A stretch of 64,000 nt of DNA from Lama glama (lineage: Eukaryota): contig CM052818.1 in NCBI GenBank assembly GCA_028534125.1, positions 28,894,001 through 28,958,000 on the forward strand, in the 5' to 3' direction. Positions 55,438 to 64,000 of the stretch are shown here, one piece after another (the first letter of the stretch is position 1; every line of letters starts with the position of its first letter). The notes beneath the pieces are model-generated. The model worked only from the letters and a program-made list of their open reading frames with translations. It ran no database searches and was not told the DNA's origin. The translations under genes were made by a program, and so were the position numbers.

Positions 55438-56164
55438 CCCTGTGCACTGTTGGTAGAAATGTAAAATGGTATAGCTTCTATGGGGAACAGTATGACAGTT
55501 CCTCAAAAAAGTATAAATGGAATTATCATATGATTCTGCAATTCTACTCTTGGGTACATACCCAAAAGAACTGAAAGCAAGATCTTGAAGAGATATTTGT
55601 AAACACATGTTCATAGCAGCATTAATCACAACAGCTAAAACAGGGAAGCAACCCAAGTATCTATCAACAGATGAATCAACAGCAAAATGTGATGTGTGGG
55701 TGTGTGTACATACACAAACATATATATTACATATTGTGTGTGTATATATATAATATATATACAATGGAATATTATTCAGCCTTAAAAAAGAAGGAAAGTC
55801 ACGCATATGTTACAACATGGATAAAACTTGAGGACATTATGAAAAGTGAAAGAAATCAATCAAAAAAACTGCAAAAAGACAAATAACTGTATGAATTCAC
55901 TTATATGAAGTATCTAAAGTAGTCAAATTCACAGAGAAAGAAAGTGGAATGGTGGCTGCCAGGGGGTGAGGGAAGAGGGGAATGGGGAGTTATTGTTAAA
56001 CAGATACAAAATTTCAGTTTTATAAGATGAAAAGAGCTATGGAGATTTATGGAGGTGACAGCTGCACAACATTATGAATGTGTTTAACATGACTGAACTA
56101 TACACTTAAAAAAGGTTAAGATGGTAAATTTTATGTTGTATATATTTTACTACAACAAAAAAAA
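55438..56164 (+). mobile_element. L1MB-like 3' end
   Basis: ccctgtgcactgttggtagaaatgtaaaatggta...aagatgaaaagagctatggag...ggttaagatggtaaattttatgtt, A-tail. Confidence 0.92.
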
Positions 56165-57150
56165 TAGCAAAACCACTCTCATTGAGTACATCATTTATAC
56201 TCCCCCAAAACTATTTTTATAGTAAAATAAAGCATGCAATTACCAGGTACCTAAACCATGTTCAGTATGTCATTGGTACATTAGTAATTCTGGAAGCATC
56301 TCATAATGGTCAGACCTTATCATGAAATGTGGGTTATTTCCTTTTCTCTGTGAGTCCACAAACTTCCTATCTGCAATTGATTTTGTCTTCAGTGAACACA
56401 AATATCATAGAAAAATCCCATCTTGCATTAAAGAGTAAGACCACTGGAGTTGCAATCATTATATCCCAGGATAACTCTGAATTAAAGAACTGAGGGAAAG
56501 CTTTTTTCTACCTGTAAAACTCACGAAAATTGCAGTTCTCTTGGATAAGTATGTTTTTAAAAGAATCCAAACATCAGCAGTCTTGCCTCAAATTGGGGGA
56601 AGAAAGTGTCTTTGGACATTTTTTGGATAGAGAGCGTCTTTCATTTTAGCTATACCATGTAAATGTAATATATTCTCTGGATAGCTCAAAGTATATGTTC
56701 TGTTCATAAGGATTATAAAATGGCTGTCCAGAAAAACAGCAAAAGTCAAAAGAGCCTCAAGGGGCACATCTGAAAACTGAGTTGCATGCATTGAAAAAGA
56801 CAGACATATCTCTGGGGACTTGAAAATGGAACATTAACAATTACTTTGACTATATTTTTTAAGTCAAAGCAGATACATATGCAGTTTTTTACACAAAACT
56901 AGAAGTTGTGGGCTAACAAATACAATGATAAACAAACATAACTTTTCAGCTTCTTTGATCCAGAAGAAAGGAGTGAAAGACCCCTCCCACATAACAGGGC
57001 TATAGATTACATTAGAGAGTTTTAAAAACCACCTTCCTTTAAAAATACAAACATTGCAGCTCCAAGATAAAAACAGCTGCTGATTTTGGACTGTGTGCCT
57101 ATCTGTGTTCCTTGAATCTCCCAGGGCAAGAATAGATCTCCAAGTCATCT

Positions 57151-57204
57151 AAAGAGGAAGCTCTGCTCTCACATTTCAAAGAGGAAGCTCTGCTCTCACA
57201 TTTC
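57151..57204. repeat. Perfect 27-bp tandem duplication
   Basis: aaagaggaagctctgctctcacatttc x2. Confidence 0.95.
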
Positions 57205-57361
57205 AGTTTAAAGCCGGATAAAAAAAGAGATGAGGACATTTGGGGGGAAAATTTGGAAAATCATAGGAAACATTCAAATAAAAATTTCATTGCTATCAGC
57301 AGTTTCATACAACATTGCATTTGAATAGTAGTTTATTTGGTAGAATTCTAGAGTTAGACAA

Positions 57362-57729
57362 TGCTATTAAATGACTAAATGTTTGTGTCTCTCCCAAAAT
57401 TTGTATGTTGTAACTTAATCCTCAATGTGATGATATCTGGAGGTGGGGCCTTTAGGGGTGATGAGATCATGACAGTTGAGCCCTCATGAATGGGAGTAGT
57501 GCCCTCACAGACAAGACTCAAGAAAGTCCCCTTGCCCCTTCTCCCATGTGAGAACACAGCAAAAAGAAAAACCACAAACCAGGAAGCAGGCTTTCACCAG
57601 ACATCAAATCTGCTGGTACCCTGATCTTAAGACTCCCAGCCTCCAGAACTGTGAGAAATAAATTTTCATTGTTCATAAGCCACCCAGTCTATAATATTCT
57701 GGCACAGCAGCCTAAATAGACTAACGCAA
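57362..57729 (+). mobile_element. MLT1A solo LTR
   Basis: tg...ca; gtttgtgtctctcccaaaat, ggaggtggggcctttagg, ccagcctccagaactgtgagaaataaa. Confidence 0.92.
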
Positions 57730-57849
57730 GTAATTTCAAGATCAGAAGAGATAATGAAAAAAAGTGGTTATTAAGAGCATGGGCTCAGGAGTCAGACAGT
57801 TTGTTCTCTATTTCCTGATTCTGAGATTGCTCTATCTCTCTTTCATGTA

Positions 57850-58182
57850 AATGAAGCCCATGGAATTGAAGAAGAATGGCCCACAGAGAAATCTCTTATG
57901 AACTTCTTCATGCTCTTTGCCCACTTCTGAGTGGAATGGATATGACTGCAGCAGCCATGGGCATGGTATGCTGTGTTGACGGAATCCCTATCTGCCTACA
58001 ACCCCAAAAGACAGCGAAGCCTCCATCAACATGTGCTCCTAAATGACCACAAAAAGGAGAGCAGCACTGCTCACATGTACATCTGCCAGGAGCTACTACA
58101 TGTGCAAGAGACAAACTCCTAGAGTTGCAAGCCACTTTATATGTGGGTCTATTTCTAGTCACCAATTACCCTAACAAATACA
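57850..58182 (+). mobile_element. Old MLT1-like LTR fragment
   Basis: 3' end aagccactttatatgtgggtctatttc...accctaacaaataca. Confidence 0.45.
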
Positions 58183-59094
58183 GAAATTTACACATGTCAT
58201 TAAGTCAGGGAGAATACTTTCCAAGCTTTCTAAGACTGTGACCTTCTTATTCTTGAAGGTATTCTTCAATTCTTCATTTAAGTTTCACAATGCCTGAAAA
58301 AGTAAAGTATTCTTTTACCTGTAATGTGTTATGGGGAACAATAAAGAGTGTAGGATCAGAGCATGACTAGAATTTTATTGGTGACTCAAGGCAAAATAAA
58401 ATTCAGCCTGCTCTTTTGCAGCAATATTAGATCTGCTGCTCTTTCAGCAGTAAAATCCTGTTTTGTCAGCAGCTACTGAGAGCAGATATGACCCAGAGGA
58501 CACATAAAAGCATACATGTAAGGTAACTAGCTATTATATTTAGAAAACCATTTTTTGCAACTTAAGTGCACTCTAACATTTCATATTTTAAATAATCTAA
58601 ATTACGTTTAGAATGCAGAATCTCAACGGCACTCTGCTCTTCTATTTCTGCCCTAATTGGATGAGACAGAAAAAAGGTACAAAAGGTATACAAAGACATG
58701 CAGAGAATCACAAATTTTAGATAACAAAGGGAACTTAAACATCACTAAGCATGACAGAGGAGGAAAGCAAGGCCTGAAGACTGAACTGTGCAATATAATT
58801 CCAACAGAGTTAGGAGTAAAATTCACTTCTCAGTGTTTTGTTTTTTAGAAAACATTCATTTTTCAGGTAGAGCAATTCTAATGTTTTAGAATTGTAGAAT
58901 CTTGTTTGTTTTTGTGACATTACTGTTCAACTTTTTTTCAAAGAGCGGTTTTATATAATGATGTATTTTATAATATTTCCATTTGTAAGAGTAACAATTC
59001 TGAGACCTTCCAGCATCTGATACACAGGTGCACTCAATAAATATTGATTGGTTGAGGTTATACCCATCAAGACTTACGGCCTAAGACAAAGTTT

Positions 59095-59291
59095 GGGGTT
59101 TTTTTTAATTTCTTCTGCTTATTTATTTATTTACTGTAGGGGTAGTTAACTAGGTTTTATTTATTTTTGTTTTATTTTATTTTATTTTATTTTTATTTTA
59201 TTTTATTTTATTTTAATGGAAGTACTGGGGATTGAACCCAGGACCTTGTGCTTGCTAGGCATGTGCTCTGCCACTGAGCTATACCTACCCC
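59095..59291 (-). mobile_element. tRNA-derived SINE, camelid Vic-1-like
   Basis: Reverse complement GGGGTAGGTATAGCTCAGTGGCAGAGCACATGCCTAGCAAGCACAAGGTCCTGGGTTCAATCCCCAGTACTTCC, with Pol III box A (TAGCTCAGTGG), box B (GGTTCAATCC) and (AAAAT)n-rich tail. Confidence 0.9.
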
Positions 59292-59995
59292 TCCTGCCCT
59301 AAGATTTTTTTTTTTTTTTTTGCTATGGCCTCATAGTCCAACTGTCTAGGATTCCTCTTAAAAAAGAAAAGTTTAGAAAAGACAGTGAGAAAGAGCTTAA
59401 TTACAAAGCATAATATTTACTCTTAAATATTAAACATTTCTCTGAACCCAAACATGACTTTTTATAATTATAACATGTACTAATCACTACTTATGTTTTG
59501 AACATATACAAAAGTCTTCTGGCTTGGCCATGACAGAATAACAGGAATAGGACTTACTCTCACTGTAAAAAAAAGAAATATACAACTAAAGAAAATATAC
59601 AAAGCAACTGTTTTTAGGCATTAGACAACTACATAGACTGTATTCCCGAGAGAAGAGAAATTCATGAGGTGAGCTGTGCATTTGCTTCAGTATTCTCCCT
59701 TTCAAAGTTGCAGCTATGGACCAAAGACTTAATTTTCAGGCAGAGGGAATAGAGCACAGAGATGCAACTAACCTGAAAACAACAGAATAATATCTTTAAG
59801 GAATTACAAAACAAAACTGTTAGCCTAGAATTCTGTGTCCCATGAAAATACTGTTCAAAAATGAAGGATAAATAAGTAGATTTTCAAACAAACAAAAATG
59901 AAATTTGTCATTAGTAAACCTGCACCACAAGAAATGTTATAAGATGGCCTTCAGGTTGAGGCTTAATGATTCTAGATGTCAACATGGATCTATAG

Positions 59996-60317
59996 CAGGG
60001 GTTGGCAAATTACAGACAAGCCAAATCAAGCCAGCTACCTGGTTTTGGATGGTCTCTGAACTAAGATGATTCGCACATCTCTAAGTGGTTGGAAAAAAAC
60101 AGAAGAATAATATGTTGAAAGATACACGAAATTCAAATGTTAGTATTAATAAATAAAGTTTCCTGGAACACAGCCATAATCATTAGCTTACAAATTGTCC
60201 ATGGCTGCTTTCACTCTACACTGGCAGAGTTAAGTAGTTGTGACAGAGACTGTACTGCCCACAAAGCCTTAAATATTTACTCTCTGGCCCTTTACAGAAA
60301 AAGTATGCAGACCTCAG
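59996..60317 (+). mobile_element. MER58 (B-like) hAT-Charlie MITE
   Basis: caggggttggcaaa ... ctggccctttacagaaaagtatgcagacctcag; flanks atctatag / atcaatcg (6/8). Confidence 0.88.
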
Positions 60318-60553
60318 ATCAATCGAAAAGAATGAAGATCTGAAAATAGTAAATATGTGGGCAAATATAAAAATCACCTTTCCTCTTTTTGTACTTTATT
60401 TTAGAAACCACTTAGAGCAAAAGTAATAGATACACATCATAAGCTTTAAACATATGCAGTAGTACAAGTCATGGTAGCAATAGGAGAAATAATATGAGAG
60501 GAGTAAAGAGAAGTATAGCAGTGTAAGGTTCTTACATTATACATAAAGGGGTA

Positions 60554-60905
60554 TGCTTTAGTCAGATCAGGACGCTAAATACATCAGACCGGGTGGCTTA
60601 AACAACCCGTTTTTCTCACAGTTCTGGAGGCTGAGAAGTCCAAGATCAAGGTGCTGCCAGTTCTGTTTCTGATGAGAGCCCTATTCCTGGTTTGCAGATG
60701 ACAATCTCTTGCTGTAACGCCACATGGTGGAGAGACAAATTCTCTCTCTCTCATGTCACATCTTATAAGGTCACTAATCCCATCATGATGGTTCCACCCT
60801 CATGATCTAATTACTTCTCAAAAGCCTCACCTCCAAATACCAACATATGGAGGATTAGGGTTCAGCATATGAATTTTGGGGGGACACAAACATTACTCCA
60901 TAGCA
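60554..60905 (-). mobile_element. MLT1A solo LTR inside L1
   Basis: ctcacagttctggaggctgagaagtccaagatcaaggtgc...gaattttgggggacacaaacatt; 5-bp flanks gggta / tggta. Confidence 0.92.
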
Positions 60906-62275
60906 TGGTATAATATTAATTCAAGTTAGTTTGTGATAAGTTAAAATGCACATGTTAATTTCTAAAGCAACATCTAAAATAACAAAATAGGAGATACAAA
61001 GAAAAATAAAATAGAATACTAAAAATATTCAATTAATCAAAAAGAAAAAAGAAAAGGAGGGAATAAACAAAGAACAGGGTGAAGAACTAGAAAACCAAAA
61101 GATGATAAGATGATAGCCTTAAACCTAACCATATCACAATTATATTATATGTAAATGGACTAAACGTTCCTATTAAAAGGCAAAGACTGTTAGGCTGGGA
61201 AAACAAAATTAAATTCAAATATATGCTCTCCATAAGAGATGCATTTAAGTATAAATGCACAGAAAGATTAGAAATAAAATGATGATAAAATGTGTAACAT
61301 ATAAATTAAACACATAAACATGAACTGACTGTATTAAAATCAAAGAATGCTTCAAGAAAAGGAATAATAATAATAAAGATAATGAAGGACATGTCTTAAT
61401 GATACAAAAATCAAAGAATATTGAAGATTTGAAACACATTATCAAATAATTTAAAAACACTAGTTGAAATCAGTTAACTGGGATTTGCAGAACACTACAC
61501 AAAGCAACTGCAGAATTCACATTCATTTATAGTACACATGGAACATTCACAAGATAGACCATGTGCTGAGCCAAAAAACAGGCCTTAATTTCAAAGGATT
61601 GAAAACATACAAAATACATTTTCAAACTGATTTAGAATTATATTAAAAATCAAAAGAAAAAGATACCTGAAATGTCCCCAAATATTTGGAAATTAAGAAT
61701 TATAATTCTGAATAAAACATGAATCAAAGAAAAAAATCACAAAAGAAAGAAAATATTTTGACCTCCATGATAATGGAAACACAACATATTAAACTTCATA
61801 GGTTGTGATTAAGGCAGTCTTTAAAAGGAAATTTCTATGTTTAGATGCTTATATTGGAGAAGAAACATTTAAAATCAATGACCTAAGATTCACTATAAAG
61901 AGCAAAAATAAAAAGATCAAAATAAACTCAGAGTAAGTAAAGAGAAGGAAGAATAATGTAAATGTGGAAATCATTGGTATATAAAGTGAACAAATAATAG
62001 AGAAAAACAACAAAACAGAAACTCACTGGCAATTATCACCAAACATTTCAGAAAAGAGTAACCACAAGCCTCCAATCTTAAATCAATGTTTTCCTAAGAT
62101 ATAAATGGCCTAAAACTTCCAATAAAAAGGCAGACATTATCAGAGTGGATGAAAATGTAAGACCCAATTAAATACTACCTTTAAAAAAAAAAGCTTCAAA
62201 TATAGAGATATAGATATGTTTAAAGAAAAGCCATGGAAAAAAAACATGCTCTGCTAATATTAATCATAAAGCTAG

Positions 62276-62640
62276 TGTCTCAGTGTGTTCAGGCTGCTAT
62301 AACAGATACTATAGACTGGGTGACTTATAAACAACAGAAATTTATCTCGCAGTCTTAAGACTATAAAGTCCAAGATTAAGGTGCCAGCAGATTTCATGTC
62401 TGGTAAGGGCCTACTTCCTTTGTTACAGAAGGCTGCTTCTCACTATGTCCTCCCATGGCAGAAGGGGCAAGGAAGCTCTCTTGGATCTCTGCATTAAGGG
62501 CACTAATATAGTAATCTTTTATAAGAGTGGAGCCCCATGACCTAATCACCTCTCACAGGTCCCCACCTCCAAACACTGTCACATTAGATGTTATGTTTCA
62601 GCCTATCAATTTGGGGGACACAAATATTCAGTACCTAGCA
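62276..62640 (-). mobile_element. MLT1A solo LTR inside L1
   Basis: tgtctcagt...ggctgctataacagatactatagactggg...gtccaagattaaggtgccagcag...ttgggggacacaaatattcag. Confidence 0.92.
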
Positions 62641-64000
62641 CCTAAAATAGCTGTATTAACATTAAACAAAGTAAACTTTAAAATAAGAAACATAACCTAA
62701 GATAAAAGAGTCCTAATGATAAAAATATCAGTTCATCAAGAAGGCAAAACAACCCTAAATGTGTATGTACCCAAGATTAGAACTGAAATGAAGCAACAAT
62801 TGACAATTTAAAAAGAAATAAATAAATAGTTGAATATTTCAAAACTCCTTTCTCAGTAATTGATAAAACAATTGGACAGAAAATCAGTAAGGACACAGAA
62901 GACTGAATAACTATATATTGATATTCATAAAATATTCCAATGACAGAAAAATATACATTCTACACAAGGCATATTCACCAAGATAGACTATATACTAATT
63001 GAGAAGTCATGTTGTAATAATTTTAAGGGATTCAATATATAAAGCTTATATTGATTTTCCTGCTTTTCTAAGAAGAAAACATTTTTGAAAAAAGTCTCTT
63101 AATATGCTTAAAGAAGCCTATCTCACACCACTTGATGACAAAATCCAACTAAAAATGATGTTGTAAGTTGGGTTTTAAGAATTAGTATTCTACTTTCTCT
63201 TCCAGGTTATCTTACAGAGCAAGGAATGTCCCACAATGTACAAAAGAAAGGCTCTCAAGGAAGAAAATGTTTTAAACCAATAAATCAAAAGATAAATAAT
63301 CAAAACTCAAATATTCTGTAAATCAATTGCAAGCACTGTGTTCATGGTATATCAAAAGCAATAAATAATGAAATATCCTAGAATATTCTTTCAAATAATT
63401 GAAAAATTTTAAGGAAATTGTGTGAGCTATCTCAGAGAAGAGTATTGATAAGCCAAATTCTAATTCAAACAGGATATGAATATAACTCAAGATCATCATG
63501 TTGATCACAGAGTTCTACAAAAAGTATTTCTATTTAAGGTAGATAATTCGTTAAAATAAAACTGGCCAAGCTATGGCATGAATACATATAAGGCCATATA
63601 GGTATACAGCCTGATTTTTTTCCACTAACCCAGCAGTGGAATAGTGCTATATATGTTTTTCTATATGTATATATGGTTCGGTTAGTTTTAATATAGAAGG
63701 CTTCTGGTGTTGACATCTAGTCTTGGATTGAGATAAGAAAGAATAAAGGGAGTCTTGGATGTCCATGATCAAAGTCAGAAGTACTGAAGAGGTACTGATA
63801 CGTAGTTATTAAGAAGCCTGGAGAACCAGAAAAAAAAAAATGCTGGAGAAGTAAAGGAATCAAGACACTGGCAGAGAGGTTAGGGAATGATTTGGGAGCA
63901 ATGATTAAAGAAAGGCTGAATCAAAGCCCAGAGAACCTAAAAGAATGGATGAGAGAGGTTTTTCAATCACTATAGAAGTCAAAGAAAGTAAAAAGCAAGT

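Larger units (their letters stand above)
59515..63040 (+). mobile_element. Old L1 remnants (5' region, ORF1, two endonuclease starts) interrupted by younger elements
   Basis: ORF1 cctagaattctgtgtcccatgaaaata; ORF2 start tgtaaatggactaaac (~61150) and again aaatggcctaaaacttccaat (~62103); atagaccat, gtatgtaccc. Confidence 0.85.

Noticed and set aside
56588..56791. Minus ORF ending KMKDALYPKNVQRHFLPPI as a terminal exon
   Set aside because: Weak acceptor and no recognisable homology; compatible with chance.
59217..59291. tRNA gene
   Set aside because: tRNA-like head continues into an A-rich SINE tail; it is a SINE, not a standalone tRNA.
63040..63720. ORFs and splice acceptors on both strands near the window end
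   Set aside because: Frames close quickly, no clear donors, low-complexity AT-rich sequence next to L1.
1..64000. CRISPR array, operon or other prokaryotic or viral system; the remaining short ORFs
   Set aside because: The sequence is mammalian repeat-rich non-coding DNA with no regularly spaced repeats. The short ORFs are repeat-derived or look like chance ORFs, many with non-ATG starts.

Overview
AT-rich, CpG-depleted mammalian non-coding DNA (intronic or intergenic), most likely camelid. The taxon call rests on a tRNA-derived Vic-1-like SINE at ~59095-59291 and a young camelid-type L1 3' end at 24489-24756. The window is dominated by decayed interspersed repeats: L1 LINEs of several ages (almost all on +, several nested), L2, MIR/MIR3, MaLR (MLT1) and ERVL LTRs, hAT-Charlie MITEs (MER5, MER3, MER58), microsatellites and short tandem duplications. 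The only ORF in the track with a clearly recognisable product (37255-37785) is an L1 ORF2p C-terminal fragment; the others look like L1 debris or chance ORFs. I could not identify a host gene. There are some exon-shaped segments, best at 46616-48023 (-) and 41734-41855 (+), reported only as low-confidence candidates. I found no CRISPR array, operon, intact transposon or convincing novel biological system. Repeat subfamily names come from recalled consensus motifs and most boundaries are approximate; RepeatMasker/Dfam should confirm them.
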